From contig NC_043010.1 of assembly GCF_006345805.1 (NCBI RefSeq), positions 65,782,001-65,846,000 of the forward strand: DNA of 64,000 nt, in the 5' to 3' direction. The position numbers and the translations under genes are program-made. The stretch is from Octopus sinensis. Lineage: Eukaryota. Under the pieces are notes generated by a model. It did not search any database. It was given only the letters and a program-made list of their open reading frames with translations, and had not been told where the DNA came from. Below are positions 12,980 through 27,049 of the stretch, piece after piece. Position 1 is the stretch's first letter. Every line of letters begins with the position of its first letter.

Positions 12980-14635
12980 ATATGTATGTATATTAATCAA
13001 AGATGAATATATCAGTGATGAATCTAAAAATCAGTCTTTTAAATAAAAATACCCTCTGTGGTAGTATTCCACAACAAACTTCAGAGTCAATTTCTTTATC
13101 ACTTTCATCATCAGTAATGCGTGGTGAGTTCATATCACTCCATAGGGAGCTTGGGACCAGTTTCCCGGTTTTTTATGGCCCATCTATTCCCCCTCTGGGC
13201 AGGACGCTGGTCCATCACAAGATTTACCCATTTTTACCAGCAGAGTGAACTGGTGCAACATGAAAGGAAGAGTTTTGCTCAAGGACGCAACACATCATCC
13301 AGTCCAGGAATTGAAACCACAATCTTACGATCATGAGTCCAACTGCCTAACCACTAAGCCATGCACCTCCACATGAATGCTGAAGCTTTAATATTTCATA
13401 TAAAATAGTGCTGCAATAACTTACCAATGATATGGTGATGCTATATCAACACAGGTGGTCACTCCAAAGATGAAGTTATCTCGGTATCAGAATGGTAAAG
13501 ATTCAAATGTTTAGAAGTCAGAGATGTAAAGGTTCAGAAAAATATAGGGGCTTAGGTATATCAGAACTGCTGGGCTCTGAATATTGAAATTGTGGTTGTT
13601 TAAATATCAGGGTTGTAGAGGCTTCAATATCAGGGATGTAAGTTGTTTTGGATAATAAGAGAACTGTAAACGTTAGCAATTCCAACACATGTGGACAGCT
13701 TGCTGTAGTCTTCTCAAACAACTGCTCAACAAACAGCTTCACGTGTTTTGTGGATGAAGGGCTGACGGTGGCAGAGGTGGTTTTTGATAGTACAGATGGT
13801 GGTGGAGAAGGTGATGGGGATGGTGCTAGTGGTGGCGTTGAGGAGGTGTTTGTTGTTGTTGTTGTTGTACTGGTGGTGGTGATGGTGATGGTGGTTAATA
13901 ATGGTGTTATTTATTGATTTTTGGTGTTGGTGGTCACGGTGGTATTAGTGAAGGTGGTTGTGGTGGGAGCAGTGATAATAGTTGTCAGTAGTCATCGTGG
14001 TGATGCTAGCAGCAGTAGCAGCAGCAGTAGCAGCAGCAGTGGTGGAGGTAGTTTGTAGCAGTGGTGGTGGTGGTGGTGGTGGTATTAGTTTTTCCCAGTT
14101 CTTTCCCCTTCACACTCCCATCCACCCCCATCTTATTATGATATTATTTAATCTCTGTACAGTCATAACATTATTTTCTACTTTCACATTCCCTCACTCT
14201 CTCTCTCTCTCTCTCTCTCTTTCTCTAACCCTCTCTCCTTCTCCTTTTGCTCCATCTCTCTCTCCTTCTCTCTCCCTCTCTTTCTCTCCCTCTCTTTTCC
14301 CCTAAATCTCCCTTCCTCTTTCCTTCTCTCTCCTTCTCTCTCTCTCTCTCTTACTTTCTCTCTCTTTCTCTCCTTCTCTCCTTCTCCTTTTGCCCCATCT
14401 CTCTCTCATTCTCTCTCCCTCTCTTTCTCTCCCTCTCTCTTCCCCTAAATCTCCCTTCCTCTTTCCCTCTCTCTCCTTCTCTCTCTCTCTCTCTCTACCT
14501 CAATCACTTCTTAATTCTTCATCAATTCTTACCTTTGACCATCTCTCTGGGTATTTTTCATTTCCTCTTCTTCATTAATTACATTTTGCCATTAACAAAT
14601 CTACATGTGTTCAATATTTGTATATTTATACATAT

Positions 14636-14673
<38 letters not shown>

Positions 14674-14841
14674 GTATGTCATTAGGAAGGGCATCCAGCT
14701 GTAGAAACCATGCCAAATCAGAATGGAACCTGGTGCAACCCTCTAGCCTACCAATTCGAGTTAAACCATCCGACCCATGCCAGTATGGAAAGTGGACATT
14801 AAATGATGGTGGTGGTGGTGGTGGTGGTGATACAGAGAGAC

Positions 14842-14892
<51 letters not shown>

Positions 14893-14914
14893 AGTATAAT
14901 ATAATAAACATATA

Positions 14915-14959
<45 letters not shown>

Positions 14960-15037
14960 AACATAATACATATATATATACATATATATATTCACACATA
15001 CAAATACCTATACAAGCTCACACACATGCATATATAC

Positions 15038-15128
15038 CAGTGCTTTTCAAACTTTTTGCTGGTGCGGAACCCCTGGACTGTAGTGGCAGAACCCTAAGGT
15101 TCCGCAGAACCCTGGTTGAAAACCACTG
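15038..15128. mobile_element. 91-bp hAT (Charlie-like) MITE
   Basis: TIRs cagtgcttttcaa/ttgaaaaccactg; 8-bp TSD atatatac. Confidence 0.85.
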
Positions 15129-15199
15129 ATATATACTTCAAAAACAGAGCTAGTCTATCTGTTTTTGCTATACAAACTGAAGCAGGGCTTTCCCAAACC

Positions 15200-15590
15200 T
15201 GGAGCAGGGACACACTCTAAGGATGATACTCTCCTTAAAGTCTCAGGATATTCCCTGTCCAAACTAGAAAGACAAAGAAAACGCCTCTGCAATTTTTTCA
15301 AGAATTAAAATTTCCCTGTTTCAGTCAAGGTGTGCAACAAGAGAACCAACGTTTTTAAATGTAACTTCTACCTAGATGTGGAGTTATGCTATCCTTACCA
15401 TAAACCCACTGAGAACCTCAAATACACTCATAAGCTGTCTAGTCATTCTAGTTATGTTAATTAAGATTTAGTTAGGAATATATCGATTTGTATATCTAAT
15501 ATTGAGAGAATTTTCAATGATAGCACAGGGTGATATAATGAGGTTCTCATTAAGTTGGGTTATAACAACTGGATTAGATTTAATACTGAT
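15200..15590 (+). mobile_element. Old Penelope-like RT C-terminal remnant (Naiad-like)
   Basis: Translates to xKDDTL...LERQRKRLCNFFK...YPYHKPTENLKYTHKLSSH...ERIFND...YNEVLIKLGY with internal stops; resembles PLE RT palm/thumb. Confidence 0.6.
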
Positions 15591-15777
15591 ACCAACATTA
15601 AGAGAGCTCTCAAGGAATGTAAGCGTAATACAGTTATGACCATGAAGTGGTGACCACCCTGGCCAATACTGTACAACCCAAGAATGTCTAAAGAATGCCT
15701 GAGACTGTTATGGCAACCCCTCCTTATGGGAATCCACAACCCTTGCAAGGAATGACCAACCAACCTTCCCCATACCC

Positions 15778-16645
15778 CTGAGTAACTCCAAATACACTAA
15801 AGAAGGTAGCATAGTTGGAGGAACATATGGGTCAGCCCAGAATTCCAAACATAACCAAGCTGGGAGAAAATGAAGAAAGTGTGACAACCCACCCTCCTCA
15901 GAATGATGAGTGTTCCAATGATGGGAAGATGGGAAAAGGTGGAGAAGATGGCATGTAATATGATATAATCGACTCTTCTTGAGTAATGTGAAAACAAATA
16001 TCTCCCGGATTTTCCTTCAGTTTTGCATTAGAGACTTTTCCCTGCAACACAGACATCACAGTATTTTCAATGGGAATACCATTAAGTTGTCATATTCCAC
16101 TACATTATAGCAGCTTTTAATAGGATCAAGTTTGCAAGAGAGGAGTGAGCCATACCATGTTGCATGTCATCTCTTCTGCCTCTTTCCATCATTGGAGGCA
16201 CATGGCCTAGTGGTTAGAGCAGCGGATTTGCGGTCGAGGGATCACGGGTTCGAATCTCAGACCGGGGGTTGTGTATGTTTATGAGTGAAACACCTAAGCT
16301 CCACATAACTCTGACAGAAGATAATGGTGAACTTCTGCTGACTTTCGCCACAACTTTCTCTTACTCTTTCCTCCTGCATCTTGCAGCTCACCTGCGACGG
16401 ACCGGCGTCGCGTCCAGGTGGGGAACCTATATGCCAAGGAAACCGGGGAAACTGGCCCTTATGAGCCAGGCATGGCTCGAGAAGGAACAAACCTTTTCCC
16501 ATCATTGAAATGCTTATTCTTCTCAGAATGATTGTCAAACTGCCTGGGGTTTTTTTCCCAATTTGGTTATGTTTGAGATTCTAGGCTGACCCACACATTC
16601 CTGCATTCACAATACCTCTCTTGGTGTCCCTGAAGCTACTACAGA
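15778..16645. repeat. Old diverged inverted repeat (~200-bp arms) with SINE inserted in right arm
   Basis: tgggtcagcccagaattccaaacataacca (15828) vs tggttatgtttgagattctaggctgaccca (16564). Confidence 0.65.
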
Positions 16646-16939
16646 ATGTGAGAGAAGGAGTTGATCACCTGCTGCAGGACTCATGGTATTTTTATGGGGG
16701 CGGAGGCTACAAATTGGACTGGAGTGAGCAAGTCTGGTGACACCCCAAAAGCAGACATCACCTGCAAGTAAGCATGCTGTGGAGCTGACTGATAAAACCC
16801 ACAGTAGCAGAAAATAGCCACAACTATAGGGGGACATATTGAAAGCACTACAACATTGACTGGTGCTCCAGCATGGCCGCAGTCAAATGACTGAAACATG
16901 TGAAAGAATAAAAGAAAAGAATAAGTACAGGGAGAGAAA

Positions 16940-17376
16940 CAGAGACAGATAGGCAGGCAGATAGGCAGACAGACAGACAGACAGTCAGGCAGATAGGCAG
17001 GCAGACAGTCAGACAGACAGATAGACAGACAGGCAGATAGACAGACAGATAGACAGATAGACAGACAGGCAGATAGGCAGGCAGGCAGTCAGACTGACAG
17101 ACAGATAGACAGACAGGCAGATAGGCAGATAGGCAGGCAGACAGACAGACAGACAGATAGACAGACAGGCAGATAGGCAGACAGATAGACAGAGAGACAG
17201 ACAGGCAGATAGGCAGGCAGGTAGTCAGACTGACAGACAGATAGACAGACAGGCAGACAGGCAGGCAGACAGACAGACAGACAGATTGACAGACAGGCAG
17301 ATAGGCAGACAGACAGTCAGACAGACAGACAGACAGTCAGACAGACAGATAGACAGACAGTCAGACTGACAGACAG
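16940..17376. repeat. Compound (CAGA)/(TAGA)/(CAGG) tetranucleotide repeat
   Basis: Direct inspection; similar tracts at 24343-24457, 26333-26645, 46800-46963. Confidence 0.9.
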
Positions 17377-17761
17377 AGCTTCATAGAAAAGATCTAAAAT
17401 TTATAGACATCATTCCCAGAGACAAAATTGTTTACGGATTCAGTGCATTACAATGCAGCAAGTGCATCATAATAGCATTAAATCGTTGTGTCAATCGATG
17501 TGGAGTTTCCTGCCAAAATGCAGTGACACGAAGCACATGGCTTGGTTTATCATTTGTTACTTTGTGTGTGTGTGTGGGGGGGGGGATTTCATTGTGAAAT
17601 GTATGCGTAAGAGAGGGACACATTGTAAATCCATTTGCATGCTCGCATGTACAAGCACATGTGTATATATTGATATATACATAGATCTATATGTAGGTAT
17701 GTATGTATGTATGTATGAATGTTTATATGTATATATACATATGGATATATATATGTGTACG

Positions 17762-17795
<34 letters not shown>

Positions 17796-17885
17796 TATAT
17801 ACATATATATATTCATATATATACATATGTGTGTGTATATGTATGTATGCATACATACATATACACACACATATGTATATATATG

Positions 17886-17951
<66 letters not shown>

Positions 17952-18229
17952 TATATACGTATATATACATATGTGTGTGTATATGTATGTATGCGTATAT
18001 ATGTGTATGTGTATGTGTGTATATGTGTATGTGTGTGTGTGTGTGTATTGTCAGTTAATCTGAGGATGTCAGGTCCTCATTAAGGATTAAATAATCAAAA
18101 ATTTTACTGGTTTAATCACTATCATATTCTCCATTTTCTTTCTTTCATTATTTACCATATATATATATATATAATATATATATGTATATATATGTATATA
18201 TATATATATATATATGTGTATATATATAT

Positions 18230-18260
<31 letters not shown>

Positions 18261-18492
18261 GTGTATATATATATATATCTATATATGTATGTATATATAT
18301 ATATATATTTCAGTCAGTTTGCTTTCAAACCACATGGTTTCAGGTTCAATCCCACTGTGTGGCACTTTGAACAAGTTTCTTCCACTATAGTCCTGAGCCA
18401 ATCAAGGGTTTGCAAGTGATCTGGTAGATGAAAATCGAAGAAAGCCCATTGTATATATCACGTATGTGTGCTTGTGTGTGCATTTATGTATG

Positions 18493-18564
<72 letters not shown>

Positions 18565-18661
18565 TCATCATCATCATTTAACGTCCGCTTTCCATGCTAG
18601 CATGGGTTGGACGGTTCAACTGGGGTCTGGGGAGCCCGAAAGCTGCACCAGTCCAGTCATA

Positions 18662-18873
18662 CAGTGTGACCCAAAAGTACGTTTACAGTTCTTCAACTAT
18701 CTCTTTTGCATTCCTATATTAGCAGTTTAGATCTTAATTATAAAACAATATGAAACCATTATTCTATGCTAATTTAACTAATTATAAGATAGAAATTTAA
18801 ATGTAATAAAATGCTTTAAAACAAATTTAAAGTGCCTACGTGATAACTGTAAATCTACTTTTGGGCAACCCCT
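18662..18873. mobile_element. Tc1/mariner-type MITE
   Basis: Imperfect ~29-bp TIRs cagtgtgacccaaaagtacgtttacagtt / aactgtaaatctacttttgggcaacccct; TA flanks. Confidence 0.7.
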
Positions 18874-18930
18874 TATATATATATATATATATATGTTGGT
18901 TATGTTTATTTATGATGTGTTCAGAATCTA

Positions 18931-18992
18931 TTCTACTGATGAACAAAAGACGTATTTAATACGTTAATTGCGAAATCACAGGTGATATAGAA
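18931..18992 (+). ncRNA. Type I hammerhead ribozyme motif
   Basis: Stem I ttcta/tagaa; core CTGATGA; stem II caa..acgtat/atacgt..ttg; GAAA; stem III tcac/gtga; cleavage triplet ATA (18985-18987). Confidence 0.75.
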
Positions 18993-20048
18993 CTGAATTC
19001 AGTCTTTTAAATGTCTTGCTTCGGGAGCTGCATTCGGTATGATTAGTTAAATTTTGGTAGTAATGACTTATGTCCCTCTTAGCGTGTGGCATTTATGTGT
19101 AATAATGCCCTCTATACAATATAAATATATATATATATTCCAATACAAGGATCTGTACCCCTCTTGTAGGGATGAAATCAACCTAACTACAATGGTTTGA
19201 TAACCTATATCTCTGAGAAAATCTCATCGATATAAATAGACATATTAAAAATTTAGAATATGAAAAATGAGAAGCAAACAGAGAATATAGATGTAAATTA
19301 ATTTATATCTACATTCGCTCCATTTTCTTCTTGCTTCAAATTTTGTTTCAAATTTTGGCACAAGGCAAAGCCAACACTTTCAAGGAGCTAAGTTGATTAC
19401 ATCAACTCCCAGGGCTCACCTGGTACTCATTTTGTCAACCCCGGAAGAATGAAAGGCAAAGTCAACCCTGATGGCATTTGAACACAGAACATCAAAACAT
19501 TTTGGCCAGCATGCTAAAGATTCAGCCTGCTCTACTTCTATGAGTGTGCTTCTTCTCCAGATTTATGTTACATGTGTGTGTAGTGTGTGTATGTGTGTGT
19601 ATGTGTGTGTGTATGTCTTTGTATGTCACTGTCATACAAGCTGTGTCATTGATTTCCAATACTCTACAAAAGCACTTCTTGCCATGAGAAAATATTAAAT
19701 TGGTTGATAACAGTTAAGTGTTGGTAACAGGAGAGGCATCCAGCCACTAGCATAGCTAGAGTGTGTGCCACCCGGAGTGGCCCTTCTGCTTTCTGCCACC
19801 AGATCCCACAAAAAACACATATTGCTTACAGCAGAACCAAACGTGGTGCCCCTTTAAAAATGCCGCCCATTAAATAGCCACTACACACATTCTTTATTTT
19901 CTCTCCTTGTTTCTTTCTGTGTTCCTTTCGGTGGAAGAGCATAGGCTCGAAATGTAAAAGACTTTTTCAATTTCCTGAGCGTTATACTAATACATCTATT
20001 TGTTTTCTACACCACCTGTCTTCATCTTTTGTTTTTTCATGAATTCTT

Positions 20049-20081
<33 letters not shown>

Positions 20082-20950
20082 TTTCGGTGCGAATGGTTTT
20101 GTTTTACAGTGCTGTGTTTTACAATCCTGTAAATAATAATAATGGTATTTATGTAAGCTTAGAGCTTATGGCAATCACCATGCAATGGCTAAGGAAAATA
20201 ATCTTGCAAAGGGGCATATAAGCCTTCAACAGAAAAAAGAAGGCTTTCCTAACTGCATGGGACTTGAACCTACATTCCTTTGTTAACGTGACTAAGTGTG
20301 CTACCTTTACACCATATATGAGTATGTACATGCATATCTATGTGTGTGTTTGTCCACCTAATACCACCTGACAACCAGTGTTCATGTGTTTATGTCCTTG
20401 TAACTTAGCAGTTCAGCAAAAGATATCAATAGAATAAGTACAAAGTTTAAGAAAAAAGTACTGGGGGTCATTACATTCAACTATAGATGGTGCCCCAGCT
20501 TGGCCACAGTCTAATGACTAAAACAAGTGAAAGATACGATATAAAAGACAATATCAGACCATTTTCTAAAGTCAATATATGGTGAAACTTTGAATCATAT
20601 TTTCACTCATCACCATTTCTTAACTTATGGATATCTTGGTGTAAATGGTCAGCCTGCTTATCACTTATATCTTGATATGTTCTTATTTCTTTATTGCTCA
20701 CAAGAGGCTACGCATAGAGGCAACAAAAAAGGACAGACAAAAGGATCATGTCAATTACATCGACCCCAGTACATAACTGGTACTTATTTAATCGATCCCC
20801 AAGAGGATGAACGGCAAAGTCGACATCGGCAGAATTTGAACTCCAGAATTGAACAAGAGGTGTGAGTTCAACTTCCATGTGAGTTCAACTAATGTTCATT
20901 TTTTTCCCATCTGGGACTTATATGTACTAGTATCAGACTATTTTCTATAA

Positions 20951-21138
20951 CAGTCCTCCGCAACCTTTTTCCACTTGCGATATACTTATATTCTTTTCAA
21001 AATTCGACAGCACACCTGAACTAAAGATACAACTATAAGTATAGGGAAAAAAATTATATAATCGGGATACACTGCGGTACACCTAGCATCGTCTTGTGAC
21101 ATACTAGTGTGCCATGGCATACCGGTTGTGGAGCACTG
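20951..21138. mobile_element. hAT-type MITE
   Basis: TIRs cagtcctccgcaacc/ggttgtggagcactg; degenerate 8-bp TSD. Confidence 0.7.
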
Positions 21139-21477
21139 TCCTGTAGTTAATATATGATGAAAATTAATATTTATATTTACAAAATATTATTTGTTCCTTC
21201 TCGAGCCACACCTGGCTCATAGGGCCAGTTTCCCAGTTTCCTTGGCATATAGGTTCCCCACCAGTCCATCACAGGTGAGCTGCAAGATGCAGGAGGAAAA
21301 AGTGAGAGAAAGTTGTGGCGAAAGAGTCAGCAGAAGTTCACCATTACCATCTGCCGGAGCCACGTGGGGCTTAGGTGTTTCACTCATAAGCACACACATC
21401 GCCCATTCTGTGATTCAAACCCGCGATCCCTCGACCGCAAGTCCGCTGCTCTAACTACTAGGCCATGTGCCTCCACT

Positions 21478-21675
21478 TACAAAATATTGCAAATTAGTAA
21501 AACGCTACAACTAATTTGTAAAATACAATCATGGATTAATAAAATACAATCAGCAATTAGTAAAATACTATAACTAATTAATAAAACACTGCTGTTAATT
21601 AGTAAAATGCTAATAGCAGTTAATAAGATATCACCAACTGGTAAAAAAAAAACCACAAGTAAAAATGATAAACTG
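21478..21675. repeat. Degenerate ~22-bp AT-rich minisatellite
   Basis: Recurrent aattagtaaaatac motif. Confidence 0.6.
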
Positions 21676-22130
21676 TTCAAGTCCTTCTTTATTTGTTATT
21701 ATACCTTTATTTTTGACTGGTCAAAAGGATGTTATTTACTTGACCACACAAGAGTTCTTTTAACCTTTGACATGACATTCAGTTGACCTAAAATTTGTGG
21801 GGAGGAACCAATAAAAGTCCACAAAAAGAAAACTGTAATTAACAACCGTAAAAACAAAAAGATATAAATCATTGCAATAATCTGTGGTCACGAGTTTATC
21901 AACTAAAAATTATAACAGAGATAATCCGTTTTAAGAGATAATCCTTTTGTTTCAATTGCCATCCGCCCTGGACTAATTTCAATCACCACAAGATTAAAAC
22001 AGATTGGCTATAAAAACTTGGTTATAAAAACTGAAGGGGGAAAAATAGTTATAGATTATAAATTATAGATCGGTTCTGTACAAGCTGTAGACTGAAGACC
22101 AATGCGTTAAATTATGTGCGTGTATACATA

Positions 22131-22162
<32 letters not shown>

Positions 22163-22198
22163 AGTATGTGTGTGTGTGTGTATGTATGAGTATGTGTG

Positions 22199-22240
<42 letters not shown>

Positions 22241-22247
<7 letters not shown>

Positions 22248-22508
22248 GTCGTATACTGTCAATCTAACGTGAACGTGACAGTAGGGGGCTACGCCACTGC
22301 TGTTTAGCCCTAGGAAGCATTGACGCTTCCTGGTGGCTTTGACACATTTTTCCTGTGTCCTTATATACATTTACGAAGGGGAGATAAATGTATATAAGGA
22401 CACAGGAAAAATGTGTCGAAGCCATCAGGAAGCATCGATGCTTCCTAGGGCTAAACAGCGGTGGTGTAACCCCCTACTGTCACGTTCACGTTAGATTAAC
22501 CATTCTAT
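22241..22508. repeat. Near-perfect foldback palindrome
   Basis: 113-bp arms 22261-22373 / 22385-22497, 11-nt loop, about 7 transition mismatches. Confidence 0.93.
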
Positions 22509-22509
22509 C

Positions 22510-23090
22510 GCCCCACCTGTGGCCTGGCAACGCTTTTTCCACCTTAGTAAAATAGGTCCTGTTTTGGCATTCGTTTCCAAAATAATCCTGTTTCATCCTC
22601 GTTAAACACCTGTTGGAAGAGATAACCTCCTTCATTTATCAAGTCACTAAACTCAATCACAAATTTCTCTGCCACTTCCTTGTTTGAACTCACCACCTCT
22701 CCATGCCTAATTACACTGTGTATTTCACTTATCTTCTTAAATTTCTCGAACCAGCCTCTACCAGATTTGAATTCAAAAGTATCACATTCAGCACATGTAC
22801 CAGGGCTTTTCTTTACCAGATCATTATAAATTTCTAATGCTTTCCCACAAATAAACGCTTCACTGATTCTGTCACCTGCTAACTGTTTCTCCTTTATAAA
22901 AATAAGCAATAACTTTCCCACTTCTTCAAGTATCTTTGGTCTTTGTTTATCAATAACATTCACTCCTTTTGCAACATCAGCTGCTTTTATCACTTCCTTA
23001 TGTTTTAGGATAATAGATATTGTCGATTTAGGCTTACCATACAGCACAGAGAGAGAACTGACACATGAATGCCCTTTTCATGTTTTTCCA
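22510..23090 (-). mobile_element. Tigger/pogo transposase fragment (CENP-B HTH to start of DDE domain)
   Basis: YGKPKSTISIILK...LLLIFIKEKQLAGDRISEAFICGKA...FKSGRGWFEKFKK...IRHGE...QQVFNEDETGLFWKRMP. Confidence 0.92.
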
Positions 23091-23455
23091 GAAAGTCCCG
23101 CCTCCCCCCACCTTTCCCTCCTCGGAACTTTCCAGAAAGTTGTTCTCCCCTTCATCCCACTCCTCAGAACTTTCCAGGAATCTCCTAGGAACTTCCCAAG
23201 TAATTTTGTCCCCACCCTCGGAGTTTTTCAGGTAATCTCATCCCCTCCCTCAGAACTTTCCAGGTAATCTCATCCCCATCACCGGACTTTTCAGGAAGAC
23301 CCCCATACTCGGACTTTCCCATGTAATCTTGTCCCCATGCTCAGACCTTTCCAGGAATTCTACTCCTCATCCTGGGAACTTTCCAGCATTACCTCGGACT
23401 TTCCCATGAAGTATCCTCCCCATCCTCCGACTTTTCCAGGAAATCTCATCCCCCA
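23085..23455. repeat. Degenerate minisatellite (ggaactttccagg..tctcatcccc)
   Basis: About 11 units of ~20-38 bp sharing ctcggaactttcca. Confidence 0.75.
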
Positions 23456-23500
23456 TATATATATGCGCATATATATGTGTGTATATTATATATATATGTA

Positions 23501-23533
<33 letters not shown>

Positions 23534-23591
23534 ATATATATATAATATTATATATATATGTATATATATATATACATATGTATGTATGTGC

Positions 23592-23622
<31 letters not shown>

Positions 23623-23794
23623 GGGAGAATTCACAAAAAAACAAAAGACAAAGACAGGTGGTGTAGACAACAAACAGGTGTATTAGCATAACGTTTGAGA
23701 AGTGAAAAAGTCTTTGATGTTTTGAGCCTCTGCTCTTTCACAGAAAGGACAACAGAAAGAAACAAGGAGAGAAAGTAAAGAGAAAATATATATA

Positions 23795-23848
<54 letters not shown>

Positions 23849-24343
23849 AAATATATATATACATATATATAATCCAAACAAGGAAATGGAGAAACAAATT
23901 TAGTTTGTTCATCAACTTACGGATATTATAATGTTGGATTATTTATTCATTTTACAAATGAGAACATCAAAAGCATACAAAATATTATATAAATCAATAG
24001 ATAAGATAATAATACAAATACAGATTTTAAAAGTCATATTATAAATTATTGAAATCCAGAAATTACTTCTTACAACTGTTTCAGCCTTGGATAAATGATA
24101 TCCCATAGTGGGTTACACACATAACCCCTATCTTACTTTGTACTCTCTCTCTTTCGGAGAGGCACTGAGCAGCTATACGCACACATACACACACGGCAGT
24201 AACTTCCACCTACCGAATCCAATCACAAAGCTCCGGTCAGCTCGGGGCTATAGCAGAAGACACCTACCCAAAGTGCCACGCAGTGGGACTGAACCCGAAA
24301 CCATGTAGTTAGGAAACAAGTTCCCTAACCACACAGCCATGCC

Positions 24344-24458
<115 letters not shown>

Positions 24459-24676
24459 TATGTGCATATGTATACATGTATATGTATTAGTTGTGGACAC
24501 TTAGCATCGCATTGCTGAGGACTTTTTACCCAAAAGCCCTTTAAAGTATTTGATGTAAAGTGGTTTGAAGTGGCATATAAAGTAAATTAAATCAAAGGTT
24601 CTGATTTCCTTCTTAAAGATAATTTGTATTATATATATATATATAATACAAATTACCTTTACGATATATCTATCTA

Positions 24677-24773
<97 letters not shown>

Positions 24774-24943
24774 TGAAGTGTAAGGAAAGGACAAAAATTG
24801 TAGTTATAGCCGATCCTTAATTCATAAACCCTTTTAAGTATTATGGTCCTCACCTCTTTTATCAGATCCCCTTCGGTCATGACTTACTATGGGATTGCAC
24901 CTAGAAAGTTACCCTCCCAGGAACAAGTCCAGGCAATACCTCT

Positions 24944-24985
<42 letters not shown>

Positions 24986-24989
24986 TGTG

Positions 24990-25023
<34 letters not shown>

Positions 25024-25568
25024 GTAAGATTCAGTTGAATTAGGTACTTAAATTGATCAAATATACACTATTCTCGTAAATGCGTTCTGTCAGCTAAAAT
25101 AGTAGCAGAAGCACTGTAAATGTGTTTTGCTCCACGGATTTTAAACCATGTTAAATCATTTCAAATGTCCTTTATTTTGAAGTTCATGAATTCATCTGAC
25201 AGAAACGGTTTCTTTCAAATGATGTAATGCTTTCATTAATCCATTAAAGGAGTCGTTAGAAACGGCCGTAATACATTGACACCTATACCTCTACTGTTAC
25301 TCATTTGCATATATTTATATATATGTAAATATAAAAATGGAACAAAAACGAAATTGAGGACAATAAAAACATTGGAACGGATAGACAATATAAGGTGGAC
25401 AAGAGAAACAACAATTAGAAGGACAGGTAAAAATGGACGGTTCATTCATGGCCTTCTTTCTTCAGTCAAGTGTCAGATGTCACGACCATTTCAGGCAGTT
25501 ACACTTGAGATGGTTCGATCTGGTTACCCCCAAAAATGTCTAAGCTAAGAGCATTAGACCCCATATAT

Positions 25569-25601
<33 letters not shown>

Positions 25602-25702
25602 AGTATATTTGAGTTAGAGGTTAGACAACCGTCTAAGGAATAATAAATACCCAATATACTACTGAAGGTATATCTCTTCTCCATTTTCTCCCCTGCCATA
25701 TA

Positions 25703-26099
25703 TCTTTATATATAAAAGTCAAGTTGTGTGTCTGTCTCCTACGATTTAGATTCCTAACTACTCCCACATTTTGCGGTGCAGTTTAAACAAAACCGGGTAT
25801 CTTATAGTCATGATTCATATTGAGCCCTTCTGGGTATTATCACGCGTCTACGATGAGTCTACGATTTTAAAAATAATTTACCATCATTTTTTCCATTTTA
25901 ATGCATTTTTTCGCTATTATATAAGGGAAGTAACTCTCTAAAAATGTCTACGATGAGTCAACGATTTTTAAAAAAATTTACCATCATTTTTTTTCCATTT
26001 TTAATGCATTTTTTTGCTATTTTTTGGCTATAACTCTCTAAAAATCCTTATATAGTTATTTCCCTTACAAACCCGAGCAACGCCGGGCGATACTGCTAG
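25703..26099 (+). mobile_element. Non-autonomous Helitron
   Basis: 5' TC (tctttatatataaaag), 3' hairpin cccgagcaacgccggg followed by CTAG; inserted between A and T with no TSD; internal ~100-bp direct repeat. Confidence 0.88.
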
Positions 26100-26208
26100 T
26101 ATATATATATATATATATAAGGTTGAAGAGGAACACATGAGTTGCTATGAATAAGGAAAATAAGACAAAGTAGAAAATGCTAAAAAAATTTTAGCACGAA
26201 GAACATTT

Positions 26209-26243
26209 TAGTACCGGTTTCAGTCTTTGCGACTTTTTCAACT
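26209..26243 (-). ncRNA. Minimal hammerhead-like motif, U3:A8 variant
   Basis: Minus strand ag-TTGAAAA-AGTC-gcaaa-GACT-GAAA-CCGG-TA-ct; palindromic stem III ACCGGT; stem I only 2 bp. Confidence 0.55.
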
Positions 26244-26415
26244 TGGAGTAAAGTATGAAAAACAAATAGTCGAAAAATTAAATGAAATGCTTTTCAAACA
26301 TATTTCCATACTTTTCAAATGCAAGGGACATAAATAGACAGACAGACAGGCAGGCAGGCAGGCAGGCAGGTAGGTAGGTAGGTAGGTAGGTAGGTAGGCA
26401 GGCAGGCAAGCAGGC

Positions 26416-26507
<92 letters not shown>

Positions 26508-26592
26508 GGATGGATGGAGAGAGAGAGAGGGAGAAATAGATAGATAGATAGATAGATAAATAGATGGATGGATGGATAGAGAGAGAGGGAGT

Positions 26593-26642
<50 letters not shown>

Positions 26643-27049
26643 GAGATATACATATATAGATATGAATATATAAATATGTATATATATATACATATGCAGA
26701 GAGAGAAACCACTTACAGAAAGATAAGGCTAGATCTATGCTTGCTAGATCTATGGATCTATGTATACAGATTAGTGGAAAGAGTGGGAGTGAGATCAAGA
26801 GTGCATAAGGCCATTAAGATTCTTTTCTACTCTAGGCACAAGGCCCAAAATTTTGGGGGAGGGGCCTAGTCGCTTAGATCGACCCCTGTACACAACTGGT
26901 ACTTAATTTATCAACCCCAGAAGGATGAAAGGCATAGTTGACCTCGGTGGAATTTGAACTCAGAACATAAAGACAGACAAAATACTACTAAGCATTTCAA
27001 ACGGCATGCTACCGTTTCTGCCACCATGCTGCCATTATTTAAGAAATGA

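Noticed and set aside
13518-13912. Minus-strand Thr/Pro/Ser-rich ~130-codon open frame (mucin-like)
   Set aside because: Bounded by stops, no ATG or clear acceptor; largely degenerate (CCA/CAA)n
12174-18419. ORFs such as (MYVCKYVC)n and (YI)n
   Set aside because: TATG/TA microsatellite artefacts
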